Source of the DNA: an uncultured bacterium
GTDB lineage: Bacteria > Margulisbacteria > WOR-1 > CAVSGV01
Assembly (NCBI GenBank): GCA_963699255.1
Contig: OY969425.1
Span: 1,590,001-1,622,000, forward strand
Length of the DNA stretch: 32,000 bases
Direction of reading: 5' to 3'
Under the pieces are notes generated by a model that searched no databases, was not told the DNA's origin, and saw only the letters and a program-made list of their open reading frames with translations. Positions 21,896-31,331 of the stretch are shown here, piece after piece. Position 1 is the first letter of the stretch; each line of letters begins with the position of its first letter. Made by a program: the position numbers and the translations under genes.

Positions 21896-24691
21896 CTAAG
21901 CCTTTTTCTTCGGCTTCTCGAAAAAGATCTTCCCGTCCTTCATTGAGGCCTCTATCGTGTCGCCTTCCTTGAAATCGCCTTTCAGCATCTCGTTCGACAG
22001 GGGATTCTCGATCAATCTCTGGATTGCGCGCCTCAAGGGCCTCGCGCCGAACTTGGGGTCATATCCTTCCTTAAGGAGATATTTTTTCACTTCATCATTT
22101 ACCGTCAGCTTCATTCCTTTTGCCTCGACCTGTTTTTCCAGGTCCGACAGCAGAAGCTCGACGATCTTCTTAAGCTCTTCATCCGTCAGCGGGTGGAAAA
22201 CGATGATCTCATCGATCCTGTTCAGGAATTCGGGCCTGAATTCCTTCTTTATCTCGTCCATGACCTCTGATTTTATATTCTCATAAGAAGCTTTAAGGTC
22301 GGCTTTTGCGGCAAAACCCATGGGAGCCGCGCCTTCGGATATGAGCTGAGATCCCAGATTGGTCGTCATTATGACAACTGTGTTCTTGAAGTCGACCGTC
22401 CTGCCTTTAGAATCTGTAAGGCGTCCGTCATCAAGTATCTGGAGAAGGGAATTGAACACGTCCGGATGCGCTTTTTCTATCTCATCGAACAACACCACCG
22501 AATAAGGCTTTCTCCTGACGGCTTCGGTCAGCTGTCCGCCTTCTTCGTATCCGACGTATCCCGGAGGGGACCCTATAAGTCTTGATACAGTGTGCTTTTC
22601 CATATATTCGGACATATCAAGCCTTATCAGCGCGTCGATGCTTCCGAACATGAACTCGGCAAGCCTTCGGGCTACTTCTGTTTTGCCTACTCCCGTGGGA
22701 CCCGCGAATATGAAAGATCCGATGGGGCGTTCCGGCGCTTTAAGCCCCGCGCGTCCGCGCCTTATCGCCTGGGAGATCGCGGCCACCGCGTCTTCCTGCC
22801 CGATGATCCTTTTGTGGAGTTCATCCTCCATGTGCACAAGCCTCTGTGTTTCCGCCTCCGTCAGCTTTATTACAGGAACGCCGGTCCAGTCAGATACTAT
22901 CTCGGCTATGTCTTCTTCGGTGATCACAGCTTCGCCTTTGCCGCCTTTTTCCTTCCAGGCCGATTGAAGTTTTTTCACTTTCGTTTCAAGTTCCGTTATC
23001 TTGTCGCTGAACTTCGCGGCCCTGTCGTATTTTTTGGCGGCGGCGGCGGCTTCTTCCTCTTTTTTCAGCTGGGCAAGCTCTTTTTGCGCGTCCTTCAGGT
23101 CTTTTGTCGGGGACATTAACTTTAACCTTACTTTTGCGGCGGCCTCGTCCATAAGGTCTATCGCTTTATCCGGAAGATACCTGTCGGTAATATATCTGTC
23201 GGATAGCTTTGCGGCGGCGGAAAGAGCCTCATCCGATATTTTGACCTTGTGGTGTTCCTCGTATTTTCCCCTGAGCCCTTTTAATATTTCGATGGTCAGG
23301 TCAACGGATGGCTCGCTCACAAGAACAGGCTGGAACCTTCGCTCAAGGGCGGGATCCTTTTCGATGTATTTCCTGTATTCATCAACCGTGGTCGCCCCGA
23401 TGACCTGAAGGTCTCCCTTTGCGAGGGCAGGCTTCAAGATGTTCGCGGCGTCTATCGCGCCTTCCGCCGCTCCCGCGCCGACAAGGGTGTGAAGCTCGTC
23501 AATGAAGAGTATTATCTGCCTTGATTTTGAGAGGATCTCATCAAGCATCTTCTTGACGCGCGATTCGAATTCCCCCCTGTATTTCGTTCCCGCTATCATC
23601 CCCGCGAGATCTAGCGTTATCACTTTTTTGTCCTTCAGGATCTCGGGGACGTCTCCCGAAACGATCTTTTCCGCAAGCCCTTCGACGATCGCGGTCTTAC
23701 CTACCCCGGGATCGCCTATAAGGGCGGGATTGTTCTTTGTCCTCCTAGAAAGTATCCTGATGACGCGCTCGATCTCTTTTTCCCTGTCTATGACGGGATC
23801 TAGTTTGCCGGCTTTTGCCTGCGCCGTAAGGTCCCTTCCGAAAGAAGTCAGCGCCGGCTTCTGGGCCCTTGGGGGCGCGCCTATCCCCATTCCGGGCATA
23901 CCGAACATTTCACCGAAAGGAGATCCTTCGCCTTCTTCAGGTATTCCGTATTCCTCTTCTCCTCCGCCTTCTTCTCCGCCTTCGCCTTCAGGCGGTTTGC
24001 CCTTATCCTGCAGTTTATTCCTGTCACCGGGCTTTTCTTCTTTGGCCATGATCTGGAGGATCTTCTTTACGGCTTTGTCGTAAGTCACTTTTCTTTTTTG
24101 GAGCGCCTGTGAAGCAAGGCTTTCGCCTTCTTTAATTATCCCCAGAAGGATGTGCTCGCTTCCCACATAATTAAAGCCCAGCTCCCTGGCGGAATTGAAC
24201 GCAAGCTCAAGCACTTTATTCGCTCTCGGCGACAGGGATAATTCTTCCGGAGTACCTTCGCCCCTGCCGATAAGGGATTCAATGTTCGAGAAAAGATCGA
24301 CGATATCCACTCCAAGTTCGACAAGCACTTTATATGCCATACCTTCTTCTTTTATAAGCCCAAGGAGCAGAAGCTCCGTTGTCAGGTGGTCGTGTGAGAG
24401 CCGCTGCGCCTCTTCTCCTCCAAGCTTTATGACGCTCTGGGCGTCCTCGGAAAAATAATCGAATATCCTGTTGGCGGGCCTTCTTTTGAAGAAGCTGGTG
24501 AAAAGGTCCGGGAATTCAAAGAAGCCGGGGAATCCGATGTCCCCGAACCCGCCGAAATCTCCCATTCCTCCGCCGAGGATGCCAAGGTCGGCCGCGCACT
24601 GCGAACACAGATGCTGTTCCACGCGCCTCCCGTTGACCACTCTGGTCACGTGGATCGTGGCTTGTCGTTTTTTACAATTCTGGCAGAGCAA
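21896..24691 (-). CDS. clpC: ClpC-type AAA+ unfoldase with N-terminal McsA-like zinc finger and G/F-rich linker
   Basis: N-terminus MLCQNCKKRQATIHVTRVVNGRRVEQHLCSQCAADLG; Clp N domain; Walker A GDPGVGKTAIVEGLAEKI and GPTGVGKTEVARRLAE. Confidence 0.95.
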   Translation of the reverse strand: MLCQNCKKRQATIHVTRVVNGRRVEQHLCSQCAADLGILGGGMGDFGGFGDIGFPGFFEFPDLFTSFFKRRPANRIFDYFSEDAQSVIKLGGEEAQRLSHDHLTTELLLLGLIKEEGMAYKVLVELGVDIVDLFSNIESLIGRGEGTPEELSLSPRANKVLELAFNSARELGFNYVGSEHILLGIIKEGESLASQALQKRKVTYDKAVKKILQIMAKEEKPGDRNKLQDKGKPPEGEGGEEGGGEEEYGIPEEGEGSPFGEMFGMPGMGIGAPPRAQKPALTSFGRDLTAQAKAGKLDPVIDREKEIERVIRILSRRTKNNPALIGDPGVGKTAIVEGLAEKIVSGDVPEILKDKKVITLDLAGMIAGTKYRGEFESRVKKMLDEILSKSRQIILFIDELHTLVGAGAAEGAIDAANILKPALAKGDLQVIGATTVDEYRKYIEKDPALERRFQPVLVSEPSVDLTIEILKGLRGKYEEHHKVKISDEALSAAAKLSDRYITDRYLPDKAIDLMDEAAAKVRLKLMSPTKDLKDAQKELAQLKKEEEAAAAAKKYDRAAKFSDKITELETKVKKLQSAWKEKGGKGEAVITEEDIAEIVSDWTGVPVIKLTEAETQRLVHMEDELHKRIIGQEDAVAAISQAIRRGRAGLKAPERPIGSFIFAGPTGVGKTEVARRLAEFMFGSIDALIRLDMSEYMEKHTVSRLIGSPPGYVGYEEGGQLTEAVRRKPYSVVLFDEIEKAHPDVFNSLLQILDDGRLTDSKGRTVDFKNTVVIMTTNLGSQLISEGAAPMGFAAKADLKASYENIKSEVMDEIKKEFRPEFLNRIDEIIVFHPLTDEELKKIVELLLSDLEKQVEAKGMKLTVNDEVKKYLLKEGYDPKFGARPLRRAIQRLIENPLSNEMLKGDFKEGDTIEASMKDGKIFFEKPKKKA

Positions 24692-24738
24692 TTATTTTTT
24701 CCTTTCCTTCATGGGACTGAAACTCTGGAAGGTCATAC

Positions 24739-24767
24739 ATTATATATAATGTCGGTCAATTTCGCAA
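24739..24767 (-). promoter_or_regulatory. Putative sigma-70-type promoter for clpC
   Basis: Minus strand TTGCGA - 17 nt - TATAAT; the -10 lies within the 16-nt palindrome ACATTATATATAATGT (24737-24752). Confidence 0.5.
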
Positions 24768-24806
24768 CTTGTCATGAGGAGAGACGTATTATAGAATACG
24801 CTCACT

Positions 24807-25994
24807 ATGTTATTTAAAGACCTTCCGGATAAGAACGGATATTTCGGGCAGTACGGCGGGCGTTTCGTGCCGGAAACCCTCATGAAGCCCGTGATGGAGC
24901 TCGAGGCCGCGTACGCCCGATATAAGAACGACCAGAAATTCAAGGATGAATTCGCGTATTACCTTGAGCATTTTGCCGGACGTCCGACTCCTCTTTTTTA
25001 TGCGCAGCGCCTTACGGAAAAGCTCGGCGGCCCTAAGATATACTTAAAAAGGGAAGACCTCAATCATACCGGTTCCCATAAGATAAATAACTGCCTCGGA
25101 CAGATCCTTCTTGCCCGGAGAATGGGAAAGAAAAGGATCATCGCCGAGACCGGCGCGGGACAGCACGGCGTCGCTGCCGCTACGGTATGCGCGCTTTTCG
25201 GCATAAAGTGCGTTGTCTATATGGGTGAAGAGGACATCAGGCGCCAGGCGCTGAACGTTTACCGGATGAAACTGCTTGGAGCGGAAGTTGTGCCGGTCAG
25301 ATCGGGAAGTAAAACGCTGAAGGACGCCGTGAACGAAACGCTTCGCGATTGGATGGCGAACGTTTCCGACACATATTATTTGATCGGCTCGACTATCGGG
25401 CCGCATCCGTATCCCATGATGGTGAGGGATTTCCAGTCCGTTATCGGCCTTGAGGCAAAAGGACAGATAATGGAAGCGGAAGAGCGCGAACCCGATCTCC
25501 TTCTGGCGTGCGTGGGCGGAGGCTCGAATTCTATCGGTCTTTTCCATCCGTTCCTTGATGAGCCGTCGGTCTCCATGATAGGCGTCGAGGCAGGGGGGAC
25601 ATCGCTTAAACTCGGAAAAAATTCCGCCACTCTTGAGATCGGTCGCGTCGGGGTGCTTCACGGGTCAAAAAGCTATCTTCTTCAGACGAAGGACGGCCAG
25701 ATATCAACTACCCATTCGATCTCCGCGGGACTGGATTATCCGGGGGTCGGACCCGAACACAGCTACCTGAAAGATATCGGAAGGGTGAAATATGATTCGG
25801 TTTCTGATGATGAGGCGCTCGACGGATTCAGGTTGTTGTCAGAGACCGAGGGGATCATCCCTGCGCTTGAATCCTCCCATGCTGTCGCATATCTCAATAA
25901 ACTCAAGCTATCCAAGGATAAGAACGTGATCGTTTGCCTTTCAGGGAGAGGGGATAAAGATACGGAAATACTAAGAGGAGGCGTTAAGCGGTGA
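24807..25994 (+). CDS. trpB: Tryptophan synthase beta subunit
   Basis: [55 protein letters not shown]. Confidence 0.98.
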   Translation: MLFKDLPDKNGYFGQYGGRFVPETLMKPVMELEAAYARYKNDQKFKDEFAYYLEHFAGRPTPLFYAQRLTEKLGGPKIYLKREDLNHTGSHKINNCLGQILLARRMGKKRIIAETGAGQHGVAAATVCALFGIKCVVYMGEEDIRRQALNVYRMKLLGAEVVPVRSGSKTLKDAVNETLRDWMANVSDTYYLIGSTIGPHPYPMMVRDFQSVIGLEAKGQIMEAEEREPDLLLACVGGGSNSIGLFHPFLDEPSVSMIGVEAGGTSLKLGKNSATLEIGRVGVLHGSKSYLLQTKDGQISTTHSISAGLDYPGVGPEHSYLKDIGRVKYDSVSDDEALDGFRLLSETEGIIPALESSHAVAYLNKLKLSKDKNVIVCLSGRGDKDTEILRGGVKR

Positions 25995-26007
25995 GCGGTA
26001 GCGTGAG

Positions 26008-26060
26008 GCGAATCGGCCTGCGTCAGGCGGACGCAAGACTCGGAACGAAAAACGATTCGC
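26008..26060. other. Nested inverted repeat between trpB and trpA
   Basis: GCGAATCG (26008-26015) / CGATTCGC (26053-26060), with an internal TGCGTC / GACGCA stem. Confidence 0.5.
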
Positions 26061-26094
26061 AGGACGCAACCGCATCCGAAAGACGCAATACATT

Positions 26095-26847
26095 ATGAAC
26101 AGAATATCAGAAGCATTCAAAAATAATAATAAAGTTTTAATTGTATTTATCATGGCCGGTGATCCAAGCTTGTCCAGGACCGAACAGCTTGTCTATGAGA
26201 TCGAGAGAGCAGGGGCGGACGTGATCGAGATCGGAATTCCCTTTTCCGATTCCATCGCGGACGGGCCGACGATACAAAACGCGGCGACAAGAGCACTGGC
26301 GAAGAACGTTTCGGCAGCCGACGCCATCAAACTTGTTAAAAAGATCAGAAAAATATCGAAGATCCCAATAATATTCATGACGAGCTTTAATATTTTGTTC
26401 AGCTACGGGCTGGATAGGTTCGTAAAGGAAGCGTCTTCCGCCGGCGTTGACGGCCTGATACTGCCGGATCTTCCGCTTGAGGAAGCCGATTCGATAAAAA
26501 AGAACGGGCTCGACCTTATTTCCCTGATCGCGCCCAACTCGACGGACGAAAGGATAAAGCTCGCGGCTAAGACATCATCCGGCTTTATTTATGCGGTATC
26601 TTTTACGGGAATAACCGGAGCGAAAAAAAACCTTCATCTGACCGTCCAGGGCGTGATATCGAAGCTCAGGAAGCTTACCAGGACCCCGATCGCCATAGGC
26701 TTCGGGATATCCAACCCCAGGCAGGCATCGGAAGCATCAAAATATGCCGACGGCATTATAGTCGGAAGCGCCGTGATCGATGTGATATCCAAAAAACCTA
26801 AACAGGTCGGGAAGTTCGTAGCTTCATTGAAGAAGGCGATCAGTTAA
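26095..26847 (+). CDS. trpA: Tryptophan synthase alpha subunit
   Basis: VIEIGIPFSDSIADGPTIQNAATRAL, DGLILPDLPLEEA, AIGFGISNPRQ. Confidence 0.97.
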   Translation: MNRISEAFKNNNKVLIVFIMAGDPSLSRTEQLVYEIERAGADVIEIGIPFSDSIADGPTIQNAATRALAKNVSAADAIKLVKKIRKISKIPIIFMTSFNILFSYGLDRFVKEASSAGVDGLILPDLPLEEADSIKKNGLDLISLIAPNSTDERIKLAAKTSSGFIYAVSFTGITGAKKNLHLTVQGVISKLRKLTRTPIAIGFGISNPRQASEASKYADGIIVGSAVIDVISKKPKQVGKFVASLKKAIS

Positions 26848-26863
26848 ATAATGACAAAATATA

Positions 26864-27148
26864 ATGCCAATTAATAAACATAAGCTGATATTTGCCGTTG
26901 TAATCATTATTTACTCTTTTCTTGTCATATTCCATCCACTGCTGCATTCGCATCCCATCGACGCAAAAGATCATGATGACTGCTTTGCCTGCAATTGGGA
27001 TCTATGCGTACAGGTAACTTCGAATACACCTGAAATCCTGCTCGCAATCGCATTCCTTATGTTTATTTCCCTACTTCCTTCAACCTCATATCATCAATTT
27101 ATTGCCTCTGGTTTTTCTTCTCGCGCGCCTCCATCCGCCCAGGCGTAA
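26864..27148 (+). CDS. Small His/Cys-rich two-TM membrane protein, copy A
   Basis: KLIFAVVIIIYSFLVIFHPLLHSHPIDAKDHDDCFACNWDLCVQ; near-identical paralog at 29927..30205. Confidence 0.8.
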   Translation: MPINKHKLIFAVVIIIYSFLVIFHPLLHSHPIDAKDHDDCFACNWDLCVQVTSNTPEILLAIAFLMFISLLPSTSYHQFIASGFSSRAPPSAQA

Positions 27149-27243
27149 TACCGGATAGTCCCGGCAAAACGTCTGTCCCAGCAGTATTAGTTGATCTTTG
27201 CAACTTAATTGGACAAAACTATGTATAACACATAAAGGAGTTA

Positions 27244-28176
27244 TTGTTGCTGATATTTATCTGGCTCAAATTTCAACTGTTTTCTTTATTCAGCGTTTCC
27301 GTTTTCCTGGAAGCGGCGCCTTATCTTCTGTTGGGCGCGCTGCTGTCGTCGCTTTTTGAGGTCTTTGTGCCTGAAGAAACCATCCATTCCTGGATCCCGA
27401 AAAAACGGCGATTCGGATTGTTGATGGGTCTGGCCATGGGGATGATATTCCCCACCTGCGAGTGCGGCATCATACCCATAATTAAAAAGATGATCCAGAA
27501 AAAAGTACCGAACTATATAGCTATTACTTATATGCTGGCTGCTCCGGTGATCAATCCGGTGGTGTTATATTCTACTTATGTGGCGTTCCGGGGCGATTGG
27601 CATATGGTGTTAGCGAGAGTGTTCATCGTAAGCATTGTTGCTTTATGCGTCGGCAGTTATTTCGCGTTGAACAAAGACCTGCATTTATTAAAGCCAGGAC
27701 TTGAGACCGCCCCTGACTGCGATTGCGGCCATGACCACGAACATCATGATCACAATAAAGAAAGTGTGCGCGAAAGCAAGATAGGGATGGTGTTATCGCA
27801 TACCGCGAATGAATTCCTGGAAATGGGCAAGTATCTGATCGTAGGTTGTTTCGCGGCTTCGTTCTTCACGGTTTTCTTTCCCAAAGGCATTATGCCGATG
27901 TTCGAAACGAACACTATCATAGCCATTGTTTTTATGATGTGTTTGGCCGTATTGCTTTCTATATGCGCCACGGCGGATTCCTTTATAGCCGCGTCTTTTG
28001 TGGGCATGCCGGCCGCGGCTCAGATGGCATTTGTCACCTTAGGCCCAATGTTCGACCTGAAACTGCTTTCCATGTATCTGGGAACGTTCGACAGGAAATA
28101 TGTCTGGAGATTGATACTGGCCATCGTTTGTCTGAGCTTTATTTTGAATTATCTTCTGGGGGTGCTGATGAGATGA
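27244..28176 (+). CDS. YraQ/YcgR-family (DUF318) permease with His-rich loop
   Basis: PTCECGIIPIIKKMIQKKVPNYIAITYMLAAPVINPVVLYSTY and DCDCGHDHEHHDHNK. Confidence 0.88.
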   Translation: MLLIFIWLKFQLFSLFSVSVFLEAAPYLLLGALLSSLFEVFVPEETIHSWIPKKRRFGLLMGLAMGMIFPTCECGIIPIIKKMIQKKVPNYIAITYMLAAPVINPVVLYSTYVAFRGDWHMVLARVFIVSIVALCVGSYFALNKDLHLLKPGLETAPDCDCGHDHEHHDHNKESVRESKIGMVLSHTANEFLEMGKYLIVGCFAASFFTVFFPKGIMPMFETNTIIAIVFMMCLAVLLSICATADSFIAASFVGMPAAAQMAFVTLGPMFDLKLLSMYLGTFDRKYVWRLILAIVCLSFILNYLLGVLMR

Positions 28177-28463
28177 GTAAATTATTAAGCAAGGCGGAAG
28201 CTGTCATTATGATTTCTATCGGGGGGTATATATCTTATCTGTTCGCGTCGGGCAGATATTATTTTTATTTGACCGATCAGAATCAGTGGCTGTTCCTGCT
28301 TGTTTCTGGACTGTTCATTATTCTAGGGGTATACAACTTATTCAGCGGCCGTTTGGCCGGTAAACCGTTCAGGATCATTTTGTTCCTGATGATCATTTTA
28401 TTGGCCATTTTTATCCCGCCGAAGGTGCTTAACCCGGCGGACCTGTTGCAGCCGCCGTTCTAG
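28173..28463 (+). CDS. Membrane part of a TIGR03943/DUF1980-type subunit
   Basis: Three TM helices; ATG overlaps the permease stop; partner position as in ycgR-ycgQ-type pairs. Confidence 0.65.
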   Translation: MSKLLSKAEAVIMISIGGYISYLFASGRYYFYLTDQNQWLFLLVSGLFIILGVYNLFSGRLAGKPFRIILFLMIILLAIFIPPKVLNPADLLQPPF

Positions 28464-28465
28464 AT

Positions 28466-29061
28466 ATGAAAGCCATTTTAAAGATAACATTATTGATCAC
28501 ACTTATAGTCTTTATATGCTATTCCGCGCGGGTCGCGGATTGCCGGCAGGCGATGACGATCCCTGCCGACGGCAAAATAACCGTCAAGGATGTAGGGGCT
28601 TATGATCACAAGGAAAATTCGCGGGAAAAACTGAACGGAAAAGAATACATCAAAATAAACCTGTCCGAGCTGTCCGATATTTGCATGAACAATGATAAGG
28701 GGAAAGCAGGGGGGATTACGTGGTGCGCGGTGCAGTCGTCCGCGAAGACAAACTGGATTCAGAGGGCCGGTTCGGGCTTGTTCGATTGGGGATATTCTGC
28801 TGCGTTGTGCATGCCGTGCCGATAGGTCTTACGGTCCAATATGACAAATTCGGCGAGTTGAAAAGCAATGAGTGGGTGAAAGTTTACGGCAGGATAAAGA
28901 AAGTCTCCGATTATACGGGGAAGGATAATGATAACGATCCTTACAGCGCAGTGAAAAAAGATTTTGTCATTATCCCTGACAAGGTCGTTAAGATTAATGA
29001 CGCGACGGACCCTTACATATATCTGTTCAATTGCAAACAGGATGAGCCGTATTATTATTGA
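28466..29061 (+). pseudogene. Separate DUF1980-like C-terminal domain with its own signal/TM sequence; frameshift at a G run (28709-28714)
   Basis: Adding one G to GGGGGG merges ORF 28466..28825 with 28720..29061: ...GKAGGDYVVRGAVVREDKLDSEGRFGLVRLGIFCCVVHAVPIGLTVQYD...PDKVVKINDATDPYIY. Confidence 0.8.
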
Positions 29062-29169
29062 TCTTAAATCCCGACTGTCTTTGCTATATTGGCACAACAA
29101 AGCTCGACAGGCCGCTACCGGCTTTTGCTGGAGAATGTTAGAACAAAGAAGTATAATACTCAACAAATC

Positions 29170-29901
29170 ATGTCTTTAATGCCGATAATATTTTCTACCG
29201 CGACTTTTTTTTCCACCCTTCTGGGCGGATTGTTCGCTATCAGGTTCAGGGATAAACTGCACCCGCTAATGGCTTTTGCGGCAGGGGTTCTGCTTGCCGT
29301 TGTAAGTTTTGATATTTTCCCGGAAATAATCGAGCAGATAAAAGCGAACAACTTCAACCCGACCGAAGCGATGACCGCGCTGGTCGCGGGTTTTTTGCTT
29401 TTCCACATACTCGAGAAGAGCATTCTCATCCATCACTCCCATGAAGATGAATACGCAAAGCACAGGCATCCGCAAGTAGGCGTCCTTTCCGCGCTGGCGC
29501 TCGCCGGCCACAGCTTCATGGATGGGGTGGGCATAGGCATCGGTTTCCAGGTCAACTACGCGATAGGCCTGCTTGTCGCTATCGCTGTTATCTCCCATGA
29601 TTTCACGGACGGGATGAATACCGTTACCCTGATGTTAACTCACAAGAACAAGATGCGGAGGTCAATGTTGCTTTTACTCCTTGATTCCATAACTCCGGTC
29701 CTGGGCGCCGCCTCTACCTTGTTCTTCAAGGCTTCTTCCCATTTTATGGTGTTATATCTGGGTTTCTTTGCAGGGTTTCTGCTCTATATAGGGGCAAGCG
29801 ACATATTGCCGGAGGCCCACAGCGACCGCAGTTCATATCAGCTTATAGCGCTTACCGTATCCGGCGTGGTATTCATTTATCTCGTCACGAGGTTCGTATA
29901 G
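29170..29901 (+). CDS. ZIP-family metal transporter
   Basis: ALAGHSFMDGVGIGIGF and AVISHDFTDGMNTVTLM metal-site helices, His-rich loop HHSHEDEYAKHRH; ATG at 29170 preferred over the longer ORF start at 29089. Confidence 0.92.
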   Translation: MSLMPIIFSTATFFSTLLGGLFAIRFRDKLHPLMAFAAGVLLAVVSFDIFPEIIEQIKANNFNPTEAMTALVAGFLLFHILEKSILIHHSHEDEYAKHRHPQVGVLSALALAGHSFMDGVGIGIGFQVNYAIGLLVAIAVISHDFTDGMNTVTLMLTHKNKMRRSMLLLLLDSITPVLGAASTLFFKASSHFMVLYLGFFAGFLLYIGASDILPEAHSDRSSYQLIALTVSGVVFIYLVTRFV

Positions 29902-29926
29902 CGATAATGATCACAGGACGTATAAC

Positions 29927-30205
29927 ATGAAAACAAATAAACTTAAGCTGATATTTGCCGTTGTAATCATTATTTATTCTTTTCTTGTCATATTCCATCC
30001 GCTGCTGCATTCGCATCCCATTGACGCAAAAGAACATGATGATTGTTTTGCCTGCAATTGGGATTCGTGCGTACAGGCAGCATCGAACACCCCTGAAATC
30101 TTGCTCGCAATCACATTCCTTATGTTTATTTTTCTACTTCCTTCGACTTCTCATCATCAATTTATTGCCCCGTGTTTTTCCTCCCGAGCCCCTCCATTGT
30201 CCTAG
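29927..30205 (+). CDS. Small His/Cys-rich two-TM membrane protein, copy B
   Basis: KLIFAVVIIIYSFLVIFHPLLHSHPIDAKEHDDCFACNWDSCVQ; paralog of 26864..27148. Confidence 0.82.
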   Translation: MKTNKLKLIFAVVIIIYSFLVIFHPLLHSHPIDAKEHDDCFACNWDSCVQAASNTPEILLAITFLMFIFLLPSTSHHQFIAPCFSSRAPPLS

Positions 30206-30248
30206 TTGATCGGCCCGAATATTCAATCAACTAACAAGGGAGGATACT

Positions 30249-31312
30249 ATGTCCAGGATAATGCTCTTATCGAGCATCTTAATAATATTATATTTTATGG
30301 CATGTCCATACGTTCTTGCGGCAACGGATGTCAATTCGAAGTACGCGAACCCGGATATGTCCGTCAATTTTCTGACGCTCTATCAAAGCGGCAACAGGGG
30401 TGGCAATTTAACGGATTTTCCGGGCGAGGCGAACGGGTTTTCATTGCAGGAAGCCGAACTGCAGTTCTTTTCGGACGTCGACCCGTATTTTCGCGCGAAT
30501 GCTTTACTGTCCGTTAGCCAAAGCTCGCCGACCTCTGAATTCGGGATTGAGCCGGAAGAGGTTTTCGTTGAAACCACAAGCATACCCGATGTTACTTTCA
30601 AGATAGGTAAGTTCAAGGCGTCGCTGGACCGGCAGAACCTGATGCACACTCACGCTCTTCCTTTCATTGACGCGTCGCTTATAGACCAAAGGATGGTAGG
30701 CGACAGCCTGAACGAAGTCGGCGTTTCTGCGGCGGTCCTTATGCCCGTCAACTGGTTCAGCGAGGTGACGGTGCAGGCGCTCCAGGGACAGAACGAGATA
30801 CTCTTCAACAGCACGAACAGGAACAGCCTGCCCAGCCTTCTTCACCTCAGAAATCTGTGGGACCTATCGGATGAGCTGACCATGGACTGGGGATTGACAG
30901 GCCTTTACGGTGCAAACAGCTATGACAAGTACACGCATGTTTACGGTTCTGATGTTACTTTCAAGTGGCAGCCGCTCGAGGGCGGAAAATACAGGGCTCT
31001 CAACTTTACGCTGGAGTATTTGTCAGGCGATATATCCGGGGATCCTGACGGCGACTTCCTCAATGGAGCGTCGACATGGCTTCAGTACAAGTTCGCGGAG
31101 GAGTGGTGGGCGCAGACAAGATACGATTACGTCAACCAGCAGGGAGACATCCCGGCGCAGAGCAAGGAGAGCTACCTGATAGTTACTCCCCTTCGGAATT
31201 CTCCGGGTTCAGGCTTCAGTACGACCATCTGGACGATGGAATAAAACCCCCGGAAGACAAGATGTCTGTGCAGATGAACATCACGATCGGTGCGCATCCG
31301 GCGCATTCATAT
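30249..31312 (+). pseudogene. Outer-membrane porin-like protein, C-terminus displaced by a net -1 frameshift near 31183
   Basis: ORF 30249..31244 has signal peptide and beta-barrel pattern; the frame change restores SPSEFSGFRLQYDHLDDGIKPPEDKMSVQMNITIGAHPAHSY, ending in an aromatic residue. Confidence 0.75.
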
Positions 31313-31331
31313 TAAAAAGGAGGAATTTATC

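Noticed and set aside
22592-23119. Plus-strand ORFs inside clpC, including the 175 aa ORF
   Set aside because: Overlap fully with the strongly conserved ClpC frame on the minus strand; composition looks like a shadow frame.
31076-31315. Separate small gene at the porin 3' end
   Set aside because: Its C-terminal half continues the porin after a one-base shift, so it is better explained as the displaced porin end.
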